The translations under genes were made by a program, and so were the position numbers. From an uncultured Acidobacteriota bacterium (GTDB lineage: Bacteria > Acidobacteriota > Vicinamibacteria > Vicinamibacterales > 2-12-FULL-66-21), in assembly GCA_963836665.1 (NCBI GenBank), contig CAWIKL010000002.1, positions 276,878 through 340,877 of the forward strand: a stretch of 64,000 nt of DNA, written 5' to 3'. This document shows, in pieces, positions 44,234 to 54,271 of the stretch. A model generated the notes under the pieces. It was not told the origin of the DNA, did not search any database, and saw only the letters and a list, made by a program, of their open reading frames with translations. Position 1 is the first letter of the stretch. Each line of letters opens with the position of its first letter.

Positions 44234-44650
44234 ATGCCCTACCATCCCACTCCCCCAGACGAGCCGCACGACGCAGCTCAGCCTGGCAGTTCTGCGGAAG
44301 ATCTGCGGGCGCTAGCGGAGCGGACGCGAGACGAGGCGGAACGGGTCAGACGACTGGCCGATGAAGCGCGGGAAGGACGCGATCGCCAGCGGGACGCACT
44401 CGAAGTGCTCCGTCAGGAGCGGGAGCGACTACGGGAAGCGGCGGAGGGGACCCGGGCCGCCGATGAAGACCTGCGAAAGACGAGTGAGGATGCGCGCGTC
44501 GCCGCTGACGCCGCACGTCACGCGGCGATGGAGGCGGTGTCCGCCACCGCCGACTCGCTGGCGACGACGCTCGAGGGCATGAAGGCCGTCGAAGAAATGC
44601 GACGCGCGCTCCGTGCCTTACGAGGCGAAGTTGAGCCGCGCGACCACTAG
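44234..44650 (+). CDS. hypothetical Arg/Glu/Ala-rich coiled-coil protein
   Basis: 138-aa ORF with good GC3 bias and heptad-like charged repeats. I recognise no family. Confidence 0.45.
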   Translation: MPYHPTPPDEPHDAAQPGSSAEDLRALAERTRDEAERVRRLADEAREGRDRQRDALEVLRQERERLREAAEGTRAADEDLRKTSEDARVAADAARHAAMEAVSATADSLATTLEGMKAVEEMRRALRALRGEVEPRDH

Positions 44651-44861
44651 CACGTGGTCGAATTCCTAGTATCTAATTCCTGATCCTCGCATTGCACATC
44701 GCAACGCCCGCATCCCGAATCCGGTATCGCGGACCCCGCGGGATCGGTTTGCACGTATACTGGCGGCGCCGGCGCGGTGCAGCCATCTGCCATGTTCACC
44801 AACGCCGATTCCCAACCCAGTTCAATTCCGGCAACGCTCCGGCACGTGAGGCGTGCCAGGC

Positions 44862-46052
44862 ATGACTCGAGTCGTAATCGGGATCGTCGTCGCCTGTCTG
44901 GGTCTGCCGGTCGCTTCGTGCGGGCGTAAGTCCGCTGGCGACGTCGGACCGAACAGATCGCGGACGGCCGATCCCACGCCGGCGGCCGCTTCAACAGGAG
45001 CCAAGGAAAAGGAGCAGGAGGGCAGCCTTCCCGCAGGCTTCAAACCGGAGGGGGAATGCGCCGATACTCCGGCGACACCAGATCCCGGTGTAGCCGATCC
45101 GGCAGCGCTCGTTCCGCTCGTCGAAGGCCTCACGCTCTCACAGACCTGGATTCCGACGGCCGGTGACTACGAACACGAGTGCCTGGTCCAGATCAAGAAG
45201 ATCGACGCTAGTGAAATCTCCGTGACACGCAGCTGCCCGGTCGGAGCGAGCAGGCGCATGCAGGTCGACCGTCGGCGCATCTGCCGTTCGGATTTCGCCA
45301 CCGCGCGGTTGTACGCGCCCGGCACCTCGCCGCAGACACCGGACGTGATGGGCGGAACGACCTTGTTCAGCCTTTCGCGGGCATCATTTCTGGAGTTGAA
45401 GGATACGGGGAAGACGTCGCACCGGTTCGTGCACTACAAGTCCGGCGAAATGCGCATGGATCTGGCGGGTGAACTGAAACGCGAGAAGGCGTCCACGTAT
45501 CGGGTCATCGTCAACAACCGCGCGGTCGATCTGCCAGTGCTCGAGCTCACGGGAACGATCGGTGCCGACCGAGACATTCACCCGCACGGGGTAGTGCTCA
45601 ACGATCCGCAGTTTCCGTTGCTGCTCGATTTCGGGTGGAACGACTACACGGTTCGTTTCACGAAGATCTCGTTCCCCGAGCCGTCGCAGCTCGAAGCCAG
45701 CCTGGACAAGGACCGGCACGTGGACGTGTACGGCATCTATTTCGACTTTGCCAGCGACGTGCTGCGCCCAGAGTCGGAGCCGGTCCTGAGAGAGATCGCC
45801 GGCGTGCTGGCGAGGAACGTCGAGTGGACACTCAGCATCAACGGGCACACCGACAACATCGGCGGCGACCAGTCCAACCTCGAGCTCTCCCGCCGGCGCA
45901 GCGAGGCGGTGCGGAAGGCGCTGACCGAGCGCTACGCCATCGCGCCAGCCCGCCTGACGACGAGCGGCTACGGTGCATCGCAGCCCAAGGCGACCAACGA
46001 CACCATCGAAGGTCGCGCCCAGAACCGGCGTGTTGAGCTGATCCGCCGGTAG
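44862..46052 (+). CDS. OmpA-family lipoprotein (unknown N-terminal domain + C-terminal OmpA/peptidoglycan-binding domain)
   Basis: Lipobox LGLPVASCG. The C-terminus reads IYFDFASDVLRPESEPVLREIAGVL...INGHTDNIGGDQSNLELSRRRSEAVRKAL...GYGASQP...NRRVELI. The track ORF starts at GTG 44853. Confidence 0.85.
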   Translation: MTRVVIGIVVACLGLPVASCGRKSAGDVGPNRSRTADPTPAAASTGAKEKEQEGSLPAGFKPEGECADTPATPDPGVADPAALVPLVEGLTLSQTWIPTAGDYEHECLVQIKKIDASEISVTRSCPVGASRRMQVDRRRICRSDFATARLYAPGTSPQTPDVMGGTTLFSLSRASFLELKDTGKTSHRFVHYKSGEMRMDLAGELKREKASTYRVIVNNRAVDLPVLELTGTIGADRDIHPHGVVLNDPQFPLLLDFGWNDYTVRFTKISFPEPSQLEASLDKDRHVDVYGIYFDFASDVLRPESEPVLREIAGVLARNVEWTLSINGHTDNIGGDQSNLELSRRRSEAVRKALTERYAIAPARLTTSGYGASQPKATNDTIEGRAQNRRVELIRR

Positions 46053-46075
46053 GCCGCGCTGCCCGGGGCCACGGC

Positions 46076-46110
46076 GTGATGGCCGGGCCCAGGTGAGACC
46101 CGGCCATCAC
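46076..46110. terminator. bidirectional hairpin between convergent genes
   Basis: GTGATGGCCGGG (46076-46087), an 11-nt loop, then CCCGGCCATCAC (46099-46110): a perfect 12-bp stem. Confidence 0.6.
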
Positions 46111-46121
46111 ACGCCGACAGG

Positions 46122-48071
46122 TTACCGACGGTCGTGCCGATCGCGGTCGTTATCGCGATCGTTGTCGTTGTCGTGGTGGTCGCCCCCGGTCTTGCCGCCG
46201 AAGTCGAACAGGTCGAACAGATCTCCGATTGCCGGCATGTTGCGCGGCACGTAGGCGTCGAGGCCGCCGTCGCTGCCCTGCTTCGGGTCGGGCAGGTTGT
46301 CGCGGCTGCGGCCTGTCAGTGTCGTGTGCAGCTTCCAGTTGCGCTCGACAAACTTCACGAACGACGAGTGCTCGTTGTAGACGTGGCTGATGTGTCCGCC
46401 GCGTGAGAAGGGCGAGACGGCGATCATCGGGATGCGCGGCCCGGTGCCGAAGAAGTCGACCGGCTGGATGAATCCCGAGTCGTAATAGCCGCCGCCTTCG
46501 TCGACGGTGACGAGGATGGCGGTTTCCTTCCATTCTTCTGGATTCGCCTGCACGAGGTCGACGATGTTCTGCACGAAGGCCTCGAACAGGTCGAACTTCG
46601 AGGAAGCCGGGTGGCCGTCGAGCGCGCCGTCGGGCTTGACGTACGACACCGCCGGCAGGGTGCCGTTCTGAATGTCGGTAAAGAGGTCGGTCACGTCGCG
46701 CATGTGGTCCGCGCGCAACGACGGGTAGTTGGCCTGGTATTCGAACGGATTGCAGATGTTGCAGTATCCGGCGAGGTTGCCCGGGTTGTAGCCGTTGCCA
46801 TAGTACTTCCAGGGAATGTTCGCGGCGCTCAGCACGTCACCGATGCTGCGCTGCGTCACCGGCGGGACGCGGTTTGTCGTCGACGTGTTCGGCGTCCCGT
46901 TGGGACTGAAGGCCGGGTTGACGTTGACGGCGTTGTAGTACGCGCCAGGATCGCATTGCGGATTCAGGTGATACGGCAAGGCGGCGAGATAGTCGAGAAT
47001 CGGCGCGACGCCGGGCGCCGCCGGATCGCTGCAATTGAACCACTGCGCGCGCTTGGTATAGAGGTTCAGCGTTCCCGATTGCGGGTCGGGATTGTAAATG
47101 AGCGAGGCGGCCGGCGCTACCGGATGCCCGGCGCCGTCGCTGTAGAACACCTGATCGGCGAAGCCGAGGGGCACGCTGTCGGGCCCGGTCCCGCCCATCA
47201 CGGGCTGGTGATAATTGTCGCTCATCGTGTACTCATCGGCCAGCTGCTTGAAGAGCGGCACGTCGCCCTCCTGCATGTTGAAGAAAGCCATCGTCTGGCC
47301 CGTATCGGTCGGCGTGCCCGTCGTCGGTGTGCTGTAGGTCGTCGTGATCGCCGACTGAAGATCGTGCAGGCAACCGGTCGGGTTGCCGCGCGAGACGTGC
47401 TGCGCATCGATGGCGCAGTCCATCTGCTGATACATCTGGAAGTACTGGTGAATCGTGTCCGCGGTGTAGGCGTCGTACGGCATCAGCGGGCCGGTCATCT
47501 GGAACGGCCCTGGCGGCAGCGCATTCACGCCAGTGATGCGCGTATCCGGGCCTGACGAAAACGAGAGGCCGGTTCCGCCGGTGCTGAGCAGCGCCTGTGC
47601 TGCCGACGAGGATGGCCCGAGGCCGACGTCGGTTTTTCCGAGAAACGGCGGCGTCTTTGGGGCACCGGCGACATCGGGTGGCGGCAGCACGCCGTAGAGA
47701 TCCTTCTGTGCGAGATCCGCGCTGATGAAGAACTTCCCGCCGTTGGGCGGCGCGACGATTTTGAACTGCTGCCCTTTCGTGAAATTGGGTCCGGGCGTAC
47801 CGTCGGCGTTGATGATCCCTTCGGAAAGCAGGTTGAGCACGCGTTCGTGCTTCCGTACGGGCTGATAGGTCGCGTACAAGTGATCGAAGCTGCGGTTCTC
47901 ACCGACGATGATGATCACGTGCTTGATTGGCGTCTCGGTTGGAATCTTGTCGACCGCGCGGTCGGCGTCGGCAGCGGCGTATCCGGAGTACCCGCTGCCG
48001 AGCGCCATCAGGGTGACGGTTGAGAGAGCGGTGGCTTTCCGCCAGCTTCGAACCTGCGTGCGTAACTTCAT
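46122..48071 (-). CDS. phosphoesterase-family protein (PLC/AcpA type, PF04185-like)
   Basis: The signal-like N-terminus is MKLRTQVRSWRKATALSTVTLMALG. IKHVIIIVGENRSFDHLYATY is the hallmark N-terminal motif. The C-terminal tail is Asp/His/Arg-rich. The track ORF extends to 48137. Confidence 0.8.
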   Translation of the reverse strand: MKLRTQVRSWRKATALSTVTLMALGSGYSGYAAADADRAVDKIPTETPIKHVIIIVGENRSFDHLYATYQPVRKHERVLNLLSEGIINADGTPGPNFTKGQQFKIVAPPNGGKFFISADLAQKDLYGVLPPPDVAGAPKTPPFLGKTDVGLGPSSSAAQALLSTGGTGLSFSSGPDTRITGVNALPPGPFQMTGPLMPYDAYTADTIHQYFQMYQQMDCAIDAQHVSRGNPTGCLHDLQSAITTTYSTPTTGTPTDTGQTMAFFNMQEGDVPLFKQLADEYTMSDNYHQPVMGGTGPDSVPLGFADQVFYSDGAGHPVAPAASLIYNPDPQSGTLNLYTKRAQWFNCSDPAAPGVAPILDYLAALPYHLNPQCDPGAYYNAVNVNPAFSPNGTPNTSTTNRVPPVTQRSIGDVLSAANIPWKYYGNGYNPGNLAGYCNICNPFEYQANYPSLRADHMRDVTDLFTDIQNGTLPAVSYVKPDGALDGHPASSKFDLFEAFVQNIVDLVQANPEEWKETAILVTVDEGGGYYDSGFIQPVDFFGTGPRIPMIAVSPFSRGGHISHVYNEHSSFVKFVERNWKLHTTLTGRSRDNLPDPKQGSDGGLDAYVPRNMPAIGDLFDLFDFGGKTGGDHHDNDNDRDNDRDRHDRR

Positions 48072-48215
48072 TTGCACCTCCAACGGTTGGTAAAGCGAAT
48101 TGGAGGATAGCGATCGGGTTTGACGGGTACTCCACATCTGCGTGTCGGACCCGAAACATTTTTCGCCGCGGTCCGTTGAGACGGCGACGCGAATGTGACT
48201 CAGCAGGTGCGTGAC

Positions 48216-48227
48216 AGCTGATCAGCT
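48216..48227. promoter_or_regulatory. perfect 12-bp palindrome AGCTGATCAGCT (possible operator)
   Basis: It lies ~145 nt upstream of the phosphoesterase start, in the 190-nt gap between two minus-strand genes. It has no usable loop for a terminator hairpin. Confidence 0.3.
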
Positions 48228-48262
48228 AACGCGGCGGGATGCGATCGATCGTGGCCGGACCT

Positions 48263-49039
48263 TCAGGATTGAGGAGAACCGTGCCGCTCGAGGAACAGCG
48301 TGAGCTGGCGATTGTCCGGGAAGTCGCGCGCGAGATCGCGCGCGGTGGCGACGGCGCCGGCGACGTTGCGCTCCCGTATCTGCAAATCCCAGAGCGCAAA
48401 CGCGGCTTCGGCGTGGACGAAGACGTCGGTATCCTCCGCCGCGGCCTCACGAACCACCGCGAGCGCCCGCTTCCGGTTGCCGCCACCGAGCACCCACCGC
48501 GTGCCGCGCGGCATTTTCGTGTCCACGATGTAGTCGATCCAGGCGCGGGCGACGCGCGCCCGGATGTGCTTGGGGTTGCGAAGGAGCACGGCGTCCAGGG
48601 ACGTGCGCGCCTCCCAGTACTCGCTCCAACCGGTCCTGTGTCCGAGCTCTCCCAACTGCAGCCAGACGTAATTCAGATCGAGCTTGCCGAGAAAAAAGCG
48701 CGCGGCCTCGTCCGCGGGATCGGCGCCGAGACGCGCGCGCGCCATTTTCTGTCCTTCCGCCGTATCCCTGAGGAACGCCGCCATCAATCCAGGACAGGTA
48801 GGACACCGCGCAAACGCCGCGTCCCGGTCATGGCGATCGCCATCATGGCCATCGTCGAGCGCGGCCTTGAGCTGGAAGAGCAGCGCGGATGTGCGAAGCT
48901 CGAACGCCGCCAGATCCGGCGGTTGCCGCGCGCACAGCTCGACCGTCATCGCGGCCGCCGCGTCATAGCGGCCGTTATAGAAGAGGCGCTGCGCGTCGGA
49001 GAGTGCCTGATGGTCGAACGCCATCAGCGCGAGGTACAA
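48263..49039 (-). CDS. hypothetical protein (helical, uncharacterized)
   Basis: 258-aa ORF with coding-like GC3, directly downstream of family A copy 2. TTG start. The upstream in-frame codons (RKPRGILITL) look like part of a signal or TM segment, so the N-terminus may be mis-set. Confidence 0.5.
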   Translation of the reverse strand: MYLALMAFDHQALSDAQRLFYNGRYDAAAAMTVELCARQPPDLAAFELRTSALLFQLKAALDDGHDGDRHDRDAAFARCPTCPGLMAAFLRDTAEGQKMARARLGADPADEAARFFLGKLDLNYVWLQLGELGHRTGWSEYWEARTSLDAVLLRNPKHIRARVARAWIDYIVDTKMPRGTRWVLGGGNRKRALAVVREAAAEDTDVFVHAEAAFALWDLQIRERNVAGAVATARDLARDFPDNRQLTLFLERHGSPQS

Positions 49040-49278
49040 GAGCGTGATCAGGATCCCCCTCGGTTTTCTGACGACCGCACGTCAACCGTATGGCTGTCGA
49101 TTCGGTCGTCTGCCACCTGGTCCGCGGCAACCCGGCGGTCCGCGTCGGCGCGTCCGACCCTGACTCGTCCGACGCCCGCCAGCGGGTCGTGGCGGAGAGC
49201 AGAGTCAGCCCCTCGAGACAGAAAAAGACGTGACTTCGGGTTCGCGAGAGAGGTCGTCGAGTTGTTCGGACCCGGCCG

Positions 49279-49497
49279 TCACCCGCAATCGTTCTTCGAT
49301 GCGGCGTCCACGATGTCGCCGCAGTCGACGGTGAAATGGCCCACTGATTGCGAGCACACCCATCCCCGACGCTCAGCACGCGCGGTTCCGGCGGACGGTG
49401 CGGTTCCGCGATCCTGATCGTCCTGTCGGCCGAACTGCATTTCGCCCAAACAGCCTCCGACTGTACACGGCCGACGATCGCCTCTTGCCGCAGTCAT
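49279..49497 (-). CDS. small Cys/His-motif protein, family A copy 2
   Basis: MTAARGDRRPCTVGGCLGEMQFGRQDDQD...RRGWVCSQSVGHFTVDCGD... This is a paralog of 41128-41391. The track ORF extends to 49551. Confidence 0.55.
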   Translation of the reverse strand: MTAARGDRRPCTVGGCLGEMQFGRQDDQDRGTAPSAGTARAERRGWVCSQSVGHFTVDCGDIVDAASKNDCG

Positions 49498-49534
49498 CGG
49501 TGCCCCGTTGGTGTCGCCATCCGCCGCGAGACCG

Positions 49535-49900
49535 TCACGCCAGCCACGCATAAACGATGATTGCCGTGATCGCCACGCTCAGCGCGAAGATGGCCAGCAC
49601 CCGTCCCTGTGCATCGGAGCGATCGCCGCCAGCCACCCATCGCGCCCACGATGACCCCGCGGCGCCGTCAGCCGGATGGTTGATGTCATACAGCTCCTGA
49701 CGCAGGCTGGCGACAGGCTGCGCGTGCCTCCATGTGCTCCACGCGACGACGCCTGTCCCGATCGCGAGCGTGATGAGGCCGGCATAGGTTGACGAGTGCG
49801 CCGGGCCGGGCGCCACAGCCATCAACACGAGCGTCGTGACGGCCGGCAGGAGAAGCGATGCGCGCTGTATGGTTCGGTTGCGGGCGAAGGGCGAAGCCAT
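49535..49900 (-). CDS. hypothetical membrane protein (three hydrophobic segments)
   Basis: 121 aa with segments LLLPAVTTLVLMAVAPG, YAGLITLAIGTGVVAW and VLAIFALSVAITAIIVYAWLA. It lies immediately upstream of family A copy 2. Confidence 0.5.
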   Translation of the reverse strand: MASPFARNRTIQRASLLLPAVTTLVLMAVAPGPAHSSTYAGLITLAIGTGVVAWSTWRHAQPVASLRQELYDINHPADGAAGSSWARWVAGGDRSDAQGRVLAIFALSVAITAIIVYAWLA

Positions 49901-49964
49901 CGGACGACCTTTCCGGAGACCGGCGAAACGGACTCGTCTTCGTACCGGCCCCTATCAGGCTCGC

Positions 49965-50291
49965 ATGCGGGGCCTACGGGCGTATGTACCGTTTCGCACA
50001 CCATTCGCGAGACGACTGCCTCAGACTCGTGTCGTGGCCACACCCAGCCCTACGACCGTCGGTGTCCTCGCGCCGCAGCCATTCGCGGCCCGGTCCGGGG
50101 CGACGCGAGTCCTCGACCTCAAACGACCCCTGTCTCCTCTCGTCCGAGGGCTGCGACGCGCGCTCGACGCTGTCGTGGATGTCGGTGCGCTCCTCCTGAT
50201 CGTCTGGCTCATTCCATTCGTCGTCCTGGCGATCGTCAGTCCGGTTGTGCTGATCCTGTGGGTGGTCCAGGCGCTCGTTCACCGGCTGTAA
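49965..50291 (+). CDS. possible small membrane protein
   Basis: The C-terminal 45 codons (LDAVVDVGALLLIVWLIPFVVLAIVSPVVLILWVVQALVHRL) have strong GC3 bias and TM character. The start is not determined. Confidence 0.35.
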   Translation: MRGLRAYVPFRTPFARRLPQTRVVATPSPTTVGVLAPQPFAARSGATRVLDLKRPLSPLVRGLRRALDAVVDVGALLLIVWLIPFVVLAIVSPVVLILWVVQALVHRL

Positions 50292-50417
50292 TTCGCTGAC
50301 TCTCGCAGGAAACTGTCGGTGCGTCGCGCCGCGAGCATGACGCCTTCGCGAACGGTTCAGGCCGGTGTACGATCCGGCACAGCAGGCGCGGGCCGGCACG
50401 ACTACACTGGGAGCGTG

Positions 50418-50696
50418 ATGACACTATCCGCCGACGCGGCCACCTACCGACCGCTTCACGCCTATTTGAGCGGCAGATACGCGGACACCGTAGTGCTGGC
50501 ATTCAGTGAGATCGAAGACCTGCTGGGTTTCGCTCTGCCGGATCAGGCACGCGTGCGCGTGGAATGGTGGACCGACGACACCGTAGACGGCAGCGGTTCG
50601 CCGCGGTCGCAGGCGTGGGCGTGGGCGCAGGCCGGTCGGACGGCCAAGCCGAATCTGTTCGCGCGGACCGTCATCTTCGAGCGCATCCAGTCCTAG
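50418..50696 (+). CDS. family B copy 2 (unknown ~92-aa protein)
   Basis: MTLSADAATYRPLHAYLSGRYADTVVLAFSEIEDLLGFALPDQARVRVEWWTDD...ARTVIFERIQS. This is a paralog of 43812-44110. Confidence 0.6.
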   Translation: MTLSADAATYRPLHAYLSGRYADTVVLAFSEIEDLLGFALPDQARVRVEWWTDDTVDGSGSPRSQAWAWAQAGRTAKPNLFARTVIFERIQS

Positions 50697-50793
50697 CGGC
50701 CTGCCGCCGGCGCGCGCAATCAGTGGTGCAGGACGACGCTCAATAGGACCGCCACTCAACTCGCCGACGAGAACCGGCTACAATTGATTCGCC

Positions 50794-52308
50794 TTGAAAC
50801 CGCTCGTCGCGGCGCTTGCGGCCGCGCTGTGTTTGATCAGCGTCGCGCTCCCGGCTCAGCAGTCTGCCGCTCTCCCCTACACCGTCGTCACGCGTGACGC
50901 GAAGCGACCGCTCGCGGCGCGCACGATCAACGGCCAGGAGATGTTCGCGCTCGACGACCTGGCGCGGCTCTTCACCCTGAACGTGCGCGAGGATCCGGCG
51001 GCCAACAGCCTGGCGATCACCTTCGGTGGCCAGACGATCCTGCTCTCGACGCAGCAGCCGCTCGCCTCCGTCGGAGGACGGATGACCTCGCTACCGGCGG
51101 CACCGGTGCGCGACGGGCGGAGCTGGTACGTACCGGTCGACTTCGTCAGCCGCGCGCTGGCAGCAGTCTCATCGGCGAAGATCGACCTGCGCAAGCCGTC
51201 GCACCTGCTGCTCATCGGCGACGTGCGCATGCCGCGCGTCGCTGCACGAGTCGAATCGCTCGGCGCGCAGTCGCGTGTCACGCTCGACGTCTCGCCGCCG
51301 ACCGGACACTCAGTTGCGCAGGACGGCCCGCGTCTCGTCGTCCGCTTCGACGCCGACGCGCTCGACGCCCCGGATCTGCGCGCCAACACCACCACCGACA
51401 TCGTCCTCGGCGTGCACCTCGGCGACACGCCGCAGAGCCTGGCCATCGATCTCGGACCGCGCTTTGCCACTTTCCGCGCGGCCGATCAGCCCGGGTCGAC
51501 CGGGGCTGCCCGGATCCTGATCGATCTGCTCCCCCAGAGCGACGCGGCACAGCCACCAGCGCCCGCGCCGGTCCCACCGCAGCCGCAGGCCCCCGAACCA
51601 CCTCCTCTCCTCGATCTGCCTCCGGCCGGCGGCCTGCGTACCATCGTCATCGATCCCGGGCACGGCGGCGATGACAACGGCGCGCGCGGCGCGCAGGGCA
51701 CACTGGAGAAGAACGTGACGCTGGCGATCGCGCGGCGTGTCAAGGCGGTGATCGAGGCGCGACTCGGCGCGCGGGTGCTGCTGACGCGTGACGCCGACCA
51801 GGCGATCGGACTCGATCAGCGCGCCTCGGTTGCCAACAATAACAAGGCCGATCTCTTCATCAGCCTGCACGCCAACGCCTCGCTACGACCGGCGGTCGCC
51901 GGCGCCCAGGTCTATTCGCTTGCACTCGAAGGTTACGGCGAGGCGGCAGAGCGGGCGGTCCAAGCGCCGCGCGATGCGCTGCCGGTGCTCGGCGGCGGCA
52001 CGCGCGACATCGAGATCATCCCGTGGGAGCTGGCGCAAGCACGCTATACCTCGCAGTCGGCGGCGTTCGCCCGCGCCTTGGAGGCCGCGCTACACGACCG
52101 CGTGCCGATGAGTCCGCGGCCGCTGCAGCAAGGGCCCTTCCGCGTGCTCGTCGGCGCCAACATGCCGGCCGTCCTCGTCGAGGTCGGCTTTCTCAGCAGC
52201 CCGCAGGAAGAACAGCAACTCCTCGCCGACGAGCGCCAGGCGGCTCTCGCGCAGGCCCTCGTCGACGGCATTGCCCGCTACCGCGCCGGCGGCGGGGGAA
52301 CACGGTGA
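50794..52308 (+). CDS. amiC: N-acetylmuramoyl-L-alanine amidase (AMIN domain + Amidase_3)
   Basis: A signal peptide and an AMIN-like N-terminus are followed by a Pro-rich linker. The catalytic region reads IVIDPGHGGDDNGA...EKNVTLAIARRV...ADLFISLHANAS. Confidence 0.9.
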   Translation: MKPLVAALAAALCLISVALPAQQSAALPYTVVTRDAKRPLAARTINGQEMFALDDLARLFTLNVREDPAANSLAITFGGQTILLSTQQPLASVGGRMTSLPAAPVRDGRSWYVPVDFVSRALAAVSSAKIDLRKPSHLLLIGDVRMPRVAARVESLGAQSRVTLDVSPPTGHSVAQDGPRLVVRFDADALDAPDLRANTTTDIVLGVHLGDTPQSLAIDLGPRFATFRAADQPGSTGAARILIDLLPQSDAAQPPAPAPVPPQPQAPEPPPLLDLPPAGGLRTIVIDPGHGGDDNGARGAQGTLEKNVTLAIARRVKAVIEARLGARVLLTRDADQAIGLDQRASVANNNKADLFISLHANASLRPAVAGAQVYSLALEGYGEAAERAVQAPRDALPVLGGGTRDIEIIPWELAQARYTSQSAAFARALEAALHDRVPMSPRPLQQGPFRVLVGANMPAVLVEVGFLSSPQEEQQLLADERQAALAQALVDGIARYRAGGGGTR

Positions 52309-52895
52309 TCCGCCGTTTCGCGCTGCCGATCGCGTTCGTCGTCGTCGCCGGCCTCGCCGGCTGGGTGCTCTTCGTCGGCCTGCCTCGCTGGTACAGCGCG
52401 CGCAAGGCCGCTACTGTCGCCGCCGCGGGCGCCGCGGCGCCGGCGCCGACGGGCGGCGCTGTGCGCAAGATCACGGCGACGCTCTTCTACGTCAGCGAGG
52501 ACGGCATGCACCTGACGCCGATGCAGCGCGAGGTGCCGTTTGCCGCCGCCACGGCCGACCAGGCACGCGCCATCGTCGAAGCGCAGCTGGCGTCGGCGCC
52601 GCCGCTCGTCTCGGCGATCCCCCCCAACACGCAGCTGCGCGCTGTGTTCATGACCGAGCGCGGCGACGCCTTCGTCGATCTCAGCGGCGAGGTCTCGAGC
52701 CGGCACAGCGGCGGCTCACTCGACGAAATCTTCACCGTCTACACCATCGTCGACGCGCTGACGGTCAACCTGCCCGCGATCAAGCGGGTGCAGATCCTCG
52801 TCGACGGCAAGGAAGTCGACACGCTGGCGGGGCACGTCGACCTGCGCCATCCGCTGGCGAAAAGCTTAGACTGGACTGTGCATGACTCGCATTGA
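52305..52895 (+). CDS. GerMN-domain protein
   Basis: The GTG start overlaps the amiC stop. A TM anchor is followed by [23 protein letters not shown]...AIVEAQL...[14 protein letters not shown]...[30 protein letters not shown]. Confidence 0.75.
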   Translation: MIRRFALPIAFVVVAGLAGWVLFVGLPRWYSARKAATVAAAGAAAPAPTGGAVRKITATLFYVSEDGMHLTPMQREVPFAAATADQARAIVEAQLASAPPLVSAIPPNTQLRAVFMTERGDAFVDLSGEVSSRHSGGSLDEIFTVYTIVDALTVNLPAIKRVQILVDGKEVDTLAGHVDLRHPLAKSLDWTVHDSH

Positions 52896-53613
52896 CGGAC
52901 GTTCCCCCTCGGATCCCCGCCCGACGACGATCACGCCGGGATTCCTCGCGCACGCTGAAGGCTCGGTGCTGATCGAGGTCGGCCGCACGAAGGTGATCTG
53001 CACGGCCAGCATCGAAGACCGCGTGCCTCCCTTCCTGCGCAACAGCGGCAAGGGCTGGGTGACGGCCGAGTACGGGATGCTGCCGCGTGCGACCTCGACC
53101 CGGACGCAGCGCGAAGCAACCGCCGGCAAGGTCGGCGGCCGCACCCAGGAAATCCAGCGCCTGATCGGGCGGTCGCTGCGATCGATCACAAAGCTCAACG
53201 AGCTGGGCGAGCGGACGATCTGGATCGACTGCGACGTCATCCAGGCCGACGGCGGCACGCGCACGGCGTCGATCACCGGCGGCTTCGTTGCGCTGGTCCT
53301 GGCGCTGCAGCGGATGCGCGAGCTGGCGATGATCAAGGACCTGCCGATCGTCGACTACGTCGCCGCCACCAGCGTCGGCATCGTCGGCGGCGCGGCGCTG
53401 CTCGACCTCGCCTACGAGGAAGACTCAAAGGCAGAGGTCGACATGAACTTCGTCAAGACCGGCGACGGCCGCTTCATAGAGCTGCAGGGCACGGCGGAAG
53501 GTCTGCCCTTCGATCGCCGCGCGCTCGACGCGCTCATGGGCCTCGCAGACGAGGGCATCAAGAAATTGATCGACAAGCAGCGCGAGATCGTCGGGAAGCA
53601 CCTGAACAGGTGA
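52882..53613 (+). CDS. rph: ribonuclease PH
   Basis: [43 protein letters not shown]...[15 protein letters not shown]...[18 protein letters not shown]. Confidence 0.95.
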   Translation: MTRIDGRSPSDPRPTTITPGFLAHAEGSVLIEVGRTKVICTASIEDRVPPFLRNSGKGWVTAEYGMLPRATSTRTQREATAGKVGGRTQEIQRLIGRSLRSITKLNELGERTIWIDCDVIQADGGTRTASITGGFVALVLALQRMRELAMIKDLPIVDYVAATSVGIVGGAALLDLAYEEDSKAEVDMNFVKTGDGRFIELQGTAEGLPFDRRALDALMGLADEGIKKLIDKQREIVGKHLNR

Positions 53614-53655
53614 ACGGCGAATCACCCATCGAAAGGCGGTCGCGACAGCCGTGGC

Positions 53656-54249
53656 ATGAGGAAACTGCTGATCGCGACGACCAATAGCGGCAAGCTACGG
53701 GAGATCCGCGGCATCCTTGCGGGTCTACCGGTGGAACTCCTTTCGCTGGAGCCGTTTCCCGGCGTCGCGGAACCCGAGGAGACCGGCGCGACCTTCGCTG
53801 AGAACGCACGCCTGAAGGCCCTGTACTACGCCGATCAGACCGGACTGCCAGCTGTCGCCGACGACTCCGGCATCGAGATCGACGCGCTCGGCGGTGCGCC
53901 GGGCGTGCACTCGGCGCGCTGGCACGGCAATGATTATCCGGCCAAGTTCGCAGCGATCTACCGCGAGCTAGCCGCACGAGGGCTGGCGACGAGCCCGGCG
54001 CGTTTCGTCGCACACATCGCCGTGGCCGACGCGGAACGGATCCTGTTCGAGGCGACCGGCACGGTCGAGGGGGAGATCGCGCGCGAGCCGGCGGGCACGC
54101 ACGGCTTCGGCTACGATCCCATCTTCTTCTTTCCTCCCTACGGATGCACGCTGGCGCAGGTCGAGGGTGCGAAAAAGGCTGCCGTAAGCCACCGCGGCCA
54201 GGCGTTCGGCCAGCTCGCGACATGGCTGACGCGTTCCAACCTTCCCTGA
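53656..54249 (+). CDS. rdgB: non-canonical purine NTP pyrophosphatase (RdgB/HAM1 family)
   Basis: LLIATTNSGKLREI...ETGATFAENARLKA...ADDSGIEIDALGGAPGVHSAR...GFGYDPIF...SHRGQA. Confidence 0.92.
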   Translation: MRKLLIATTNSGKLREIRGILAGLPVELLSLEPFPGVAEPEETGATFAENARLKALYYADQTGLPAVADDSGIEIDALGGAPGVHSARWHGNDYPAKFAAIYRELAARGLATSPARFVAHIAVADAERILFEATGTVEGEIAREPAGTHGFGYDPIFFFPPYGCTLAQVEGAKKAAVSHRGQAFGQLATWLTRSNLP

Positions 54250-54271
54250 CCCGGCCCGCATCTAAGCGGGC

